A stretch of DNA of 32,000 nucleotides from Candidatus Saccharimonadota bacterium (GTDB lineage Bacteria > Patescibacteriota > Gracilibacteria > Absconditabacterales > Absconditicoccaceae): NCBI GenBank assembly GCA_030429145.1, contig JAUIDC010000001.1:720001-752000 (forward strand), read 5' to 3'. How positions within the stretch are numbered: position 1 is the stretch's first letter; the number at the start of each line of letters is the position of its first letter. Under the pieces are notes generated by a model that ran no database searches, had not been told where the DNA came from, and saw only the letters and a program-made list of their open reading frames with translations. Below, one piece after another: positions 1-10,689 of the stretch. The position numbers and the translations under genes are program-made.

Positions 1-638
1 TCATCACTTATCTCTTGGGATCGTACTCATATTTACTGATAGAAAGAGGTATCCGATTCCCTCTCAACAGCCTTACAAATCTCAAGGCGTGGCTTTCTCC
101 TTATGGATACAAATTCCATTTTGTTGGTATACTTTTGGGTATTGTGTGGTCTCTTCGTAGATTTTTTAAGAAGATTGTAATCGGTTCAGAGAAGCGTAAA
201 TGGATAGATCTTTTCTTCTTTGCTACAAGTACAGCATTGATCCCTATGGGTCTGTTCTTCGTGCTCGGTGACAATATTATCGGTAGGCCAGCTCCTTTCT
301 CAGGTATAGGTGTGAGTGATCTGACTCCAGGTTGAGTGAGCGAGCTCAGTAAATATGGGAAGGTATTTCCGGTCTGAATCTTTTTGTCGCTTATCAGTAT
401 GTTGGCATTTGGCCTGACGTTTGTCGGTAAAGCTATAACGAAAAAAGAGGGCTGGTGATTTATAGGCTTTGGTGTATTGCTCCTTCTCATCAATGTTGTG
501 TTTAACTATCAACAGTATACAAGACACGGTGTTGTATCAGTTTTGGGCGGAACGCTGGATATTAAAAACATCTTGGCAATAGTAGTGTGAATTATTTGTT
601 TGATAGTTGGTATGCGTATTATTAAGAGAAAAAGATAG
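1..638 (+). CDS. Lgt-like (prolipoprotein diacylglyceryl transferase family) polytopic membrane protein, 5'-partial
   Basis: The frame is open from the window edge. ORF 15..335 continues through four in-frame TGA codons (333, 375, 456, 588) to TAG at 636-638. The protein is multi-TM, with an Lgt-like layout (GILLGIV ... LGDNIIGRPAPFSGIGV). The family assignment is from memory only. Confidence 0.5.
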
Positions 639-640
639 TC

Positions 641-2182
641 ATGAAGCTGTTTTTTACGAGAGATGATAGCTTTTATAAGATATGTAAAACGATAGAGAAA
701 CTCCCTAAAAATAAAAAAGTTTCTCTTTTTATGGAACCTCAAAATAGCTTCTTTCGTAATCCATGGCGATGAAAACAGGTAAAAAACATACTAGAAGAGA
801 GAAATATTAGCTATGTATTTATATGTAAAAGTGAGAGAACAAGGCGCTACTGTGAAGAGGCAAAGCTTGCTTACAGTTATGATCAGCCAAATCATTTCCT
901 CAGGGGGCTGAAGCTTGTCTATATGTTTTTTTTCCAAGCACAAAAATTCCATCTTTCTCTTTTCAATAAAAAAACAACCTTATCATATCTCTTTTTCATA
1001 GGGGAGATACTTATCATCGGACTGATTGCTTACCTTCTGTATCAATTTATCCTACCGAGTGCTACTATCTATGTGAAACCTTCGTATACGGTAGAGGATA
1101 TTGTCTACAATTTCCGTTATTATCCGTCGCGAAACCCAGAAGAGATCAAGGAGAGAGGCTTTATTAGTATCCCATACTATACGGGAAGTATGGACTATAC
1201 GTATATTCTCAAAACAAATACACAAAATATTAGCTTCATGCAAACTCCTGCGAGATGAACAGTAAGAGTACTCAATACTATGTACCAGTCATTTTCTTTG
1301 TTGCCTGATACCAAGTTAGTTACAGAAGATGGTATGCTCTTTACTATGCCAGAGTCCATCACTATCCCTGCTGCAACGAGATCTGGTCCTGGTGAGGTGA
1401 CAGCCACAGTGATCGCTATGGATAAGGATGAGGTAAATAGTATCATTGGAGAGAGGGGGAATATCCCAGTTGGGACGCAGCTGCTGATAAGAAATCTTCC
1501 TCAGAGTTACAACAATCAGCTCTTATATGCGGTTGCCTCGAGTGATTTCACAGGCTGAGAGACAAGGCAAAAATGAGCTATAACTCAAGCAGATCTTGAG
1601 AACATCAGGCAACGTATGTGAAACTATGTTCGTGCGAATAAGAAACAAATAGTGCTAGAGGAGTTTGCTAAGTGAGAAGATAAATACCCACTCATGTTTC
1701 AAAATCTCATTGATGTACAGGTAAATGATGTTACTTTTGATGCACAGGTTGGTGATGAACAAACTGACGTAGAAGGAAGGATCGATATAACTTATATTGT
1801 GAGATATTTTACCCGGGATAATTTAAAAGAAGCACTCAACGAGTATCTGGGTCAGCGTCCCTCACAAACATTGGATATCATTAGTATGCAGAAGAGTAGT
1901 CTGACCTTTTTCCCGGACACAAGCACGCTTGTCACAGGAGATACAGTGATCGTGATGCCAACGAAGATGAGTGTAATCTGGTGATATGACTTCAATAAAG
2001 ATTACAATGGTATAAAGGAGGATATGAAAAACGAGATCATTGGGAAGAGGAGAGATGAAGTACAAAAAATACTATTGGATTATGAAGAGATAGGAAGTAT
2101 ATTAATTAAGGTGTCTCCGCCTTGGTCAGATACGATCCCAGCGATTAGGTCAAGAGTAAGGTTTAAGCTTGCTGACGAGTAA
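641..2182 (+). CDS. N-terminally membrane-anchored hypothetical protein (resembles the CPR proteins often auto-annotated 'baseplate J-like')
   Basis: ATG at 641 lies 2 nt after the upstream stop. ORF pieces 923.., 1280.. and 1694.. share one frame, joined by 7 TGA codons with no TAA/TAG until 2180-2182. Motifs: TM helix LFFIGEILIIGLIAYLLY, and AR-[TGA]-TVRVLN ... TRSGPGEVTATVIA. Confidence 0.6.
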
Positions 2183-2187
2183 ATAAC

Positions 2188-2216
2188 TTGAAAAATAAAA
2201 TATTTATATCCATAAT
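2188..2216 (+). promoter_or_regulatory. sigma70-like promoter of pilin gene 1 (TTGAAA-N17-CATAAT)
   Basis: TTGAAA at 2188-2193 and CATAAT at 2211-2216 with a 17-nt spacer. The -10 box ends 6 nt before ATG 2223 and no Shine-Dalgarno is visible. Confidence 0.35.
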
Positions 2217-2222
2217 GGCACT

Positions 2223-2780
2223 ATGAGTCTCAGTAAAAAGTCGTCATTTACGCTGATTGAAATGCTGATAGTCATTGTGATTATCGGGATTTTAGCTGCA
2301 GCTTTGGTGCCGAGACTGCAGTCGGTACAGGCAAGGGCGAGAGATAGCAAAAGAAAGGTTGATCTCAGGACAATTGCTAATGGCTTAGAGATATATTTAT
2401 TGGATACAGGAGCGTATCCTCCAGATGATACCCCTGCTGGCTCTCCTGGAGCATGGCGTCATAGTTATGTGACAGCTCCTTGGATACCTGCGCTCAGTGG
2501 AATACTCAATACGATTCCGGTTGACCCAATTAACACACACGTTAGTTCAACAGCATTACATCCTTGGTATACATGAGGGTATCATTATATCTATTGGGCT
2601 TGGCTTTCCGGGGCTGTTAACTCGTATGATCTTGCTGCACAATTGGAAAACCTCCAAGATCCAGACAGAAATGAGCTGAAGTGATACAAGTATAATAATG
2701 AAGCATCTCAGTATCCTTGGGGTCAAAATTGTTGTAAAGTGCGTTATATTATTGATGTGAGTCCAAGAAACGTTAATTAA
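2223..2780 (+). CDS. type IV pilin-like protein (prepilin N-terminal cleavage/methylation domain), paralogue 1
   Basis: N-terminus is MSLSKKSS|FTLIEMLIVIVIIGILAAALVP. Two in-frame TGA codons (2574, 2682); stop TAA at 2778-2780. Confidence 0.85.
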
Positions 2781-2785
2781 ATTTT

Positions 2786-2814
2786 TTGGAAAGTAGAATA
2801 TTTACTTTGTATAG
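2786..2814 (+). promoter_or_regulatory. sigma70-like promoter of pilin gene 2 (TTGGAA-N17-GTATAG)
   Basis: TTGGAA at 2786-2791 and GTATAG at 2809-2814. ATG 2824 follows 9 nt later without a Shine-Dalgarno. Confidence 0.3.
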
Positions 2815-2823
2815 AAAGTTGGT

Positions 2824-3354
2824 ATGTTGAGAACAGCATTTACGCTCATAGAAATGTTGATAGTGATTGTCATTATTGGTATTTTAGCTGCAGCTCTTGT
2901 TCCAAGACTGCAATCGGTACAGTGAAGAGCGAGAGATAGTAAAAGAAAAGTTGATCTTAGAACTATCTACAATGCAAATGAGATCTATATCCTTGATAAT
3001 GGTTCGTATGCTCCGACCAATGGTCTTTTGCGCCATAGTTATGATACAGCTCCTTGGATACCATGATTGAGTGGCTTGCTAAACTCATTGCCGGTTGATC
3101 CGATTAATAGTCTTAATGGTGGCAATATTCATCCGTGGATGACAGGTTCATTTCACTATATTTATCATAGCTTGTATAGCGGAACGATCAATACATACGA
3201 TCTTGCAACACAGCTCGAGAATCCTCAGGATCCAGATAGAAATGAGATTCAGAACTGGAAACGTAATGCAGATCAACATTCATATGACAACTACTGAAGC
3301 CATCCGGCTGCTATGCAAATATACGACCTCTCTCCAAACGTAAAAAATCAATAA
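2824..3354 (+). CDS. type IV pilin-like protein, paralogue 2
   Basis: N-terminus is MLRTA|FTLIEMLIVIVIIGILAAALVP. Three in-frame TGA codons (2923, 3064, 3295); stop TAA at 3352-3354. The N-terminus and a C-terminal block (YDLATQLENPQDPDRNE) are shared with paralogue 1. Confidence 0.85.
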
Positions 3355-3364
3355 TTATTATATG

Positions 3365-3396
3365 AAAAAATGAGACATGTCAGTCTCATTTTTTTG
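3365..3396 (+). terminator. rho-independent terminator after the pilin pair
   Basis: Hairpin AATGAGAC-atgtca-GTCTCATT followed by a T-run. Confidence 0.7.
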
Positions 3397-3445
3397 TAAA
3401 TTACTTGTATATGATAGCTATATGACTAACTTATTTATAGTCTAA

Positions 3446-3521
3446 TGGGGCGGTCGACGGGAATTGAACCCGCGGCCAGAGGATCCACAAACCTCTGCTC
3501 TACCACTGAGCTACGACCGCC
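3446..3521 (-). tRNA. tRNA-His (GUG), with encoded G-1 and CCA
   Basis: The reverse complement GGCGGTCGTAGCTCAGTGGTAGAGCAGAGGTTTGTGGATCCTCTGGCCGCGGGTTCAATTCCCGTCGACCGCCCCA folds as a cloverleaf. The anticodon loop is TTGTGGA. An extra 5' G pairs with C73, as expected for bacterial tRNA-His. Confidence 0.9.
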
Positions 3522-3606
3522 ATCTGTATCGTGCTGGCGTAGAAGAACTTATACAGATTTGTGGGTAAAAAGCAATAAGAACTCTTTATTTTTTCTCTTT
3601 CTGCTG

Positions 3607-4383
3607 ATGAGAATAAAATATCTACTGATAGGTATGATAGTGGCACTTAGTAGTTTCTCACAGGCTTTTGCTGTTTGAAATATTAGAGTTCTTCCTGGAA
3701 GATCATTGAACTATACCACTTATCAGTGAACTAAAATTTGGCACTATGAGGTTCCAAAGATTACCGTCATTAAACCAGCTGCTTTCAGCATTGTCTTCAA
3801 TGGAGTAGGTAATACCGCTTCTCGCCTCGTTCGTGATGGAGAGTATGCGGCTGTGCTCAATGCATCCTACTTTGGTCGACATCAAGACGGCACTTATTTT
3901 CCTGCAGGTGTCTGGTATGACAATGGATTCTTGATATCGCCACAAATGATACCGCAAAAAGATTTAAATTTACAGGTGTTGGCATACTACTATAGTGGTA
4001 GTATCGACTTTTATGAGAACAGCGAAATAGACATTAGTAGTCTGTCTCATACAACTCCAGGACTGTATTTTAATGCGTGACCGTGGCTTGTCAAAGATGG
4101 TACCATCAATCCTGATATTGTCAGATCTCGTTCTCATCGACAGTCAAAGGCATATAGGACGGCTATGCTTCGTACAGAGACAGGAGAACTCTATTTTGTG
4201 ATTGCTACTGAGAAGATAGATCTACCACAGCTTATAGTCTTTATCTACAAGAGTAGGTTCATACAAAAAGATGAAAAGTTTAATCTGGTAAACTTAGACG
4301 GAGGTTCTTCAACCTCCCTATGGTCACCAATAGTCAAATTTAATGCAACAAAAAGGTTACCGCTTTTTATAGGTGTTAAGTAA
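3607..4383 (+). CDS. secreted phosphodiester glycosidase family (DUF2233/NAGPA-like) protein
   Basis: Signal-like N-terminus MRIKYLLIGMIVALSSFSQAFA. Motifs NA-[TGA]-PWLVKDG, RTAMLRTETGELYFV and VNLDGGSSTSLW. Three in-frame TGA codons. The upstream part of track ORF 3445.. overlaps tRNA-His and is not coding. Confidence 0.7.
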
Positions 4384-4389
4384 GTATCT

Positions 4390-4977
4390 ATGCAATATAC
4401 AGGAAAGGTATTTTTTATATTGGGGGTCGCAGGTTCTTGAAAAAACACAGTTATTCACAATGTTCTCCAGACGGATCTTCCCCTGTCTCAAGTTATTTCT
4501 TGTAAGACAAGACCACTTAGACCAACGGAAAGAGATGGAGTGGACTACCACTATCTTTCTGAAGAGGAATTTGAAGTGGCAAAAGGACAAGGTGAATTTT
4601 TGGAGTATGCGTTAGTGCATCAACTCTACCGATACGGGACAAGAAAGAAAGATCTTGTAGAAAAGTTGAAAGAGGGAAAATATGTCATCAAGGAGATAGA
4701 TATCCATGGGTTAATGATTATTGCTAAAGAACACCCAGATATATGGGCTGTTACAAAGAGTATATTTCTGGATATACCTGATGAGACGATGATAGAAAGA
4801 GTTACCTCGAGAGCAGCACTTAGTGACAAAGAAATGCAGAACAGATTACAAAGTGCCATAAAAGAAAGACAGTTGGCAAAAGAGTATTGTACTGACATCA
4901 TTGACGCTACACCTTCTCAGGAGGAGGTGGCAGCACATGTCTATGCGTTGATCTCTCAGTATATTTCAGAAGAGTAA
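4390..4977 (+). CDS. gmk: guanylate kinase
   Basis: Walker A motif GVAGS-[TGA]-KNT, with TGA at 4438-4440 on the invariant Gly. Also TRPLRPTERDGVDYHYLSEEEF and GEFLEYALV..LYGT. Confidence 0.9.
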
Positions 4978-4995
4978 TTTATTTGTTTTGTCTCT

Positions 4996-5232
4996 ATGAT
5001 GCGTATTCATATACACGTGGTGCCGTGATCAAAGCAACAATCAGTGGAAAAACAGGGGCAAGATATATATGGTCATGATGTCTATAAGGTGAAGATATCT
5101 GAGAAGCCAGTAGATGGTGCAGCAAATAGAGGGGCTATTGAGATTCTATCTGAATTCTTTAAAGTGCCTAAGAGAAATATCTCCATCGTTTCAGGTCATA
5201 CATCAAGAGAAAAAATAGTAGAAATTATGTAG
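4996..5232 (+). CDS. DUF167 (YggU-like) family protein
   Basis: MMRIHIHVVP-[TGA]-SK ... KVKISEKPVDGAANRGAIEILSEFFKVPKRNISIVSGHTSREKIVEI matches the remembered YggU pattern. Confidence 0.75.
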
Positions 5233-5262
5233 TGTTTTTATCCTTTCTAACTGTTACATACT

Positions 5263-5640
5263 ATGAAGAACGTCTTAGTTTTGCTCCTCTTTTTCTGAGG
5301 GTTAGTCTTCTTGTTTTTGTATCTTTATCTTGATAAGTATGCTACGAAAGCAGATGTCTATACATGGGAAAAGAGCTATGGTATAGAGCTACCTCTTTGG
5401 ATGAAAGATCTTCCAAAGACAACAGGTGAGGTAAAAGATTTGTATGCAGAAGGGAAAGCTGCATTTACTGGTGAGATTGAAGAGCGGAAAACCTCAGCGA
5501 AAGCAGAGTTTAATACGTGGCTCGAAGAACTGAAAAATGATCTCAAAGAGAAGGCAAAAGAAGAGGCTAACTGACGAATAGATAAGCAGTTTGGTGGCTC
5601 AGATGAGTCAGTAGCAACAGGTACAACAACTGGTAATTAA
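5263..5640 (+). CDS. small N-terminally anchored hypothetical protein with a charged coiled-coil-like tail
   Basis: ATG at 5263. TM segment VLVLLLFF-[TGA]-GLVFLFLYLYL. Two in-frame TGA codons; TAA at 5638-5640. Confidence 0.5.
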
Positions 5641-5661
5641 TTTTATAGCTATGGATAAGAT

Positions 5662-6744
5662 ATGTCGACAATAGTACGAATAGCAGTAGGAGTGGTTCTT
5701 GTTGGGTGTTTTGCTTTGGTAGTAGCTATAGCATTTATGAAACAAAAACTATGAAAGGAAGGTAATGATAATGTGCTCCATGAGAAGCATGCAGAGTTTT
5801 TCTTTTCTTGACTGGAGCATATTCACGTTCATCATCCTAGAGTAAGAGAGCTTTATAGAGCACTACAGCAAGAGATAGTCGGTATGGACTATTTTTTACA
5901 TGGTTTGCTTTTGTCTTTATTTGCTGGATGACATGTGCTTGTAGAAGGAGCACCTGGTCTTGCAAAAACAAAGACGATTCGCTTGTTGGCATCGCTCCTT
6001 GCGTTGGATACAAAGCGCGTGCAATTTACGCCTGATATGTTGCCAGCAGATCTTATAGGTGTTGATATGTTTAATCATGCGACACACTCATTTGAGACGT
6101 TTTTTTGACCGCTGTTTACGAATATTTTACTAGCGGATGAGATCAACCGTGCTACGCCTAAGGTCCAGTCTGCGTTACTTGAAGCTATGCAGGAGAAGCA
6201 GGTGAGTATTGGTGGAAAGTCTCACCTTCTGCAAGAGCCATTTTTCGTGCTAGCGACACAAAATCCAATCGAGCAAGATGGAACGTACCCTCTGCCTGAA
6301 GCACAGCTTGATAGATTTCTTACAAAGCTTCAGGTCTCTTATCCATCTCTTGAGAGTGAAAAACAGATACTGCAAACAGCTGCATCGTCGGCGAATGAGC
6401 AAGAGCATATACTTACAGGAGAAGACCTTCTAGCTATGCAACAGGAAGTTGCTCAGATTGCTGCATCGGATGAGATGCTTGAGTATATAGCTCGTATTGC
6501 TGATGCTACGAGAGCTGCATCAAATGAGATAGACTATGGTGTTTCACCAAGAGGTTCTCTTGCTATACTTTCATTGGCAAAGGCAGTCGCTTATGTTGAA
6601 GGAAGATCGGCTGTTACTAAAGATGATATTAGAAAGGTTATACTGCCTGCTTTGGGACATCGTATTATTATCTCCATGCATGCGCAGATGGAACAAAAAA
6701 AGCCTGAGCATATTCTCTTTCAGGCAGTTCATAAGGTTCTGTAA
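5662..6744 (+). CDS. MoxR-family AAA+ ATPase (start uncertain; the ORF includes a hydrophobic N-terminal extension)
   Basis: Motifs FAG-[TGA][13 protein letters not shown] (Walker A), [23 protein letters not shown] (Walker B/sensor) and [26 protein letters not shown]. Four in-frame TGA codons. An alternative start is the M at about 5737. Confidence 0.85.
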
Positions 6745-6759
6745 TTGTGTCTAGACGTC

Positions 6760-7647
6760 TTAGCTTTTCACCTTCCTAAATATCTTGTATCGTACTGTTA
6801 CAAAAAATGCTTCTACGATACCATTGATATAAGCAGTTACTAAACCAAGAACAATAAGACTTCCGTAAATAATATACTTAATGAAGGATTGACTACTTAT
6901 GTCTAGTTGTGTCGCAAAGTAGATAATGAGTCCTGGTACTCCTAAGAATATAAGGATGTTGATGATAGCTCTAAGGTAGAGGATATAGTTGATAACTGCG
7001 AATTTGACGCTTGCTCTCAAGTTTTCTAATGCGAGATGCATGCTTTTTTTTATGGCCTGAATAGGTCACATGTTCTCTAACACGATGATAAACTTCGTAT
7101 AAGGGAGAAAGACTGAGGTGAAGAAAATAATGAGTCATCGCATCACGAGGACGATGATAACAAGCACATTGTCCATAAGTCCAAGTACCCAAAATCTGGA
7201 TACAAAGATAAAGTAGGCGAGTGGATTAAAAAAGGTCATGATGCCATGATACTCAAACATAGGAAAGAACTTAGAGAGTCATCTTCCTATCGACAGAGTC
7301 CCTTTTCTTTCGTGGTTGTCTAGATAGTAGATCATAGATGCTTCTGCAATTGGTGGAAGGAGAAAATAACCAACGGCTAGTATTGCACCCAATATGATAA
7401 ATCGTATTAATACCTCCTGTCCCCCGAAAAGCTGCATGATGAAAGAGATGATGTTACCCACCTCTAGCTCTTTGCCTTGCCTTTCTATAACAACAAAATA
7501 GACGCCGTACATGATATAGACAAGGAATATCATCGAGTGGATGAATGTGGTGATAGTTGTCAGTCTGATGAACTTGGTGTCATCCATCACGTGGTCATAT
7601 GCTTCGGCGACTATAGTATTGTGCTCTTGTGTTTGTTCAGCGCTCAT
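6760..7647 (-). CDS. polytopic membrane protein, function unknown
   Basis: Track ORFs 7279..7647 and 6760..7041 share a frame. I translated the gap and found only TGA codons (7279, 7135, 7066) and no TAA/TAG. Its ATG overlaps the upstream stop (TAATG). Confidence 0.6.
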
Positions 7648-8708
7648 TATTTTTTCTTCGATTGCTTCGATAAAAGACGGCTTTCTACCTTTCTAATCTC
7701 TGGAAAGAGTTTTTTGATGTCTTGAGGTATACTTGTCTCTATATAGAGATTTTTCTGAGAAAAACAATCATAAAACCCATAGCCGAAACTATGAAGAAGT
7801 TGACGTGAGATTTTGTGTTTTTTGTAGGCTAGTTGATTGATATTGCCGTCTCCATACATGATATCTCCGATGATGGGGAGGTTTTCTGATGCAAGATGTA
7901 CACGGATCTGGTGCATTCTTCCAGTGTGAATGGTGACCAGCAAGAGGGAGATATCGCCTAAGTGTGGATCTTCTTTGGTTGCAATACATTCGAATTCACT
8001 CTTCGATGGGAGTCACTTCTCTTCATTGACAAAGGTTTGAGCTCTTTCGTAGGTCGCATTAAATCATTTAAAGAGAGGCTTGTCTATCACTAAGTGGTCA
8101 GGAGCTTTTCCTAACACGACAGCAAGGTATTGCTTTTTTACATCTCTTTCTCTGATGATCTTATTGAGATACTGGAGCGCCTCATAGTCTTTTGCTCCTA
8201 CGATAATACCAGAGGTGTCTTTATCTAATCTAAATCAGAACGATGGTTTAAATGTCTGTCCCATTTCGCTTGGGTCTTTCCCTTCTTGTTTTCGTGACCA
8301 GTTTACATATGTCTCGAGAAAATCATTTAATGTAATATCGTTGAGATGGAAGTTTCCCGGATGTATGACAATGCCGTCCGGTTTGTCCCAAAAAATTCGG
8401 TGGTCGTCTTCGTAGAGTATTTGTTTTTTGAGGTCATTGATAGAGATGTTATGTTTTTTTACTTGTTTCTCGGCATGTGCCATAAACGGCTGCTTGAGCG
8501 TTAGTTTCTCTTCGGTGAACTCTACAATATCTCCTACGACAAGTTTGTAGTTTTCTGGTTTTTTCTTGCCATTTACTTTGATAGCACCTTTTCTTATTCG
8601 TGAATAGATGTCAGCAAGAGTAACTTCTGGTTCTGGTTTGAAATATTTTCTGAGGAATCTGTCAAAGCGCTGGTTAGCTTCGTTTACGTGTATCTCTTTG
8701 CGCGACAT
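7647..8708 (-). CDS. RluA-family 23S rRNA/tRNA pseudouridine synthase with N-terminal S4 domain
   Basis: Motifs MSRKEIHVNEANQRFDRFL, G-FRLDKDTSGIIV and TGRMHQIRVHLA. Three in-frame TGA codons (8235, 8064, 8013). The track ORF's extra N-terminus beyond 8708 was rejected. Confidence 0.85.
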
Positions 8709-8842
8709 ATGCTGACAGGCAAAATAAAAGTATATTATAGAGAAAAGCCTTTCATACACAACGCTAAGTGAAAGGTTTGCAAATATCATTGGTTTCTCTA
8801 TATTGCAACAGATAGTCTTTTTAGCTTGAGCTGATTGTGCTG

Positions 8843-10336
8843 ATGGCGAACAAAAAATCCTCAAAAAATCATACAAAATCAAGATTTTCTCTCAACATTT
8901 GGTATGCGATACCGGCGTTTATCATACTGCTTGGAGTATTTCTTTACCTGAAGATGATCTACTTTCCAGGGAGGGCTGATCTCAATCAAGACGATTTTCA
9001 ACTGATCGTAACTGAAGGGGATATAGCAAATGCACGCAACATTGATATACAAACCCTTAGTTCGTTTACAGGGGATTATATCGTGTCGACAAATGCAATC
9101 GATTCGCTAGCTCGTCTCTATCAGAAGACAAAAGACGAGAAAGTCGCGCTTTCATTGATTCAGATGTATATCTCTCACAATCAGTTTGATGAGGCATTTA
9201 CGCTCATTAGTGACGTTTACCACAATGATATAGACTTTACGATCATCCCAGCGAGTACATTTTTGTATGTGTTGTTTAACTCTTCACAGCTCTCGCCAGG
9301 GAAATATGAGCTTATAGCAAATATACTTACTGATTATAAACAGCATGTGCGTATTGATGATGAGACCTATACACTTTATAGTGGTTTGCTTGCTGCTTAT
9401 CAGGACGATATGGAGCGCTTTTATGATGCGATTGGGGCGTTGAGTGGCTCAAAGCAGTATGAGTATCTTGTGAATGCTATTGGACAAGCAGGGCAGACAG
9501 CATCGAGCTTAGGTTCAGATGTGCCATACTATAAGGATGCATTGAGCAGTATTGCTTTGCTCGATGCTGGTTATTTTAGAGTAGCTCAGAAGGTGGCTGT
9601 CGGCGTGAGACAGAAGGATGATAAGTATATCCTGCCATATCAGGTGCTTGCCCAGGCTGCGCTTTTGCAGTCACGCCGACAAGAAGCAACGCAGTATTTT
9701 GACACACTGCTGAGACTCGACGTCAATCACGCTGACCAGTATCATTTTGGGCAGTGTGTTAGCTACTTCTGGCAGCAAAGCTATAGCAATGCGTTGCTAC
9801 ACTGTCAGCAGATTACTGATCCGCTATTGCTGCCGGATGCTCACAGATACATGCTGCTTGCGCACTATCAGTGAAAAAACTGGCAGGGGATGATGGACAC
9901 TTTTCAGCTTATGCTGAGCAAGTCATCACCTAGTGAAAATGACTACTATACATTCTTTGATGTGGTCTTCTATCAGCCATTCGTGACCGACAAAGATTTT
10001 TCACATGTACAGAAATATTATGTGTCAGTAGTTCTTCCTTATTTGGATCGCTGTGTGACAGTCTTTGGGGCTGATTCGCTTGTGTGTAAGTATGGTCAAG
10101 CTGGATTCTATTTGTACAGAAACGAACTAGAGAAGATTCATAAAGAGCTTTTGTACCTAGCTTCTCGTTATCCGAGTAGTTATGTTTTGAGGGTCCTTGG
10201 AGAGTACTATGAGTCTCTTGATCAGGAAGATAAGGCAAAGGCTTACTATCTCAAAGCAATGAGTGTGAAAACAGGTGCTGTGGTAGACGTCTCAACTATG
10301 AGAAGTTGAGCTTGAAATAACGCAGTGAATAAGTAA
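8843..10336 (+). CDS. N-terminally anchored alpha-helical repeat (TPR-like) protein, function unknown
   Basis: ATG at 8843. TM helix IWYAIPAFIILLGVFLYL. Pieces 8837.. and 9890.. are in the same frame, joined by TGA 9872. Two further TGA codons near the end (10307, 10313); TAA at 10334-10336. Confidence 0.6.
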
Positions 10337-10344
10337 TAATCGCT

Positions 10345-10689
10345 ATGTTTAGCTTTTTTCTGGACATTTCCATGTACGATACTATTCTGCACGTAGCAAA
10401 CGATATTATCACTATCTGAGGAGCGTTGATTATTATCCTTGCGGTGCTTCTGATGATTGTACTGCTTGTCATGGCTGCCAGAGTAAACAGAGTCGTATGA
10501 AAAATAAACGATACGGTCTCAGTAGTCTCACAGTATGTCATGTTGCCTTTCACTTACCTTTCGAGTTTACTCTCGTGAAGTGAGTCAGGTAAAGCATCGT
10601 CATCACGTAAAAGAACGGTAAAAGGAAAAAAGTAATTGTTTTATTATTAGCAAGTAATCTATCACCATGAGTGGGAAAAAAGTAAGTAG
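10345..10689 (+). CDS. small membrane protein (hypothetical) overlapping the secD start
   Basis: ATG at 10345. One TM helix (ALIIILAVLLMIVLLVMAA). Three in-frame TGA codons and TAG at 10687-10689. It does not look like YajC. Confidence 0.4.

Noticed and set aside
3445-3606. N-terminal part of track ORF 3445..3678
   Set aside because: It overlaps tRNA-His on the opposite strand. The signal-peptide-like start MRIKYLL at 3607 is the plausible initiation site.
8709-8882. N-terminal extension of the RluA-like ORF (track ORF 8235..8882)
   Set aside because: The extension is hydrophobic and odd, and it overlaps the divergent gene's start region. The canonical S4-domain N-terminus begins at MSRKEIHV (8706-8708).
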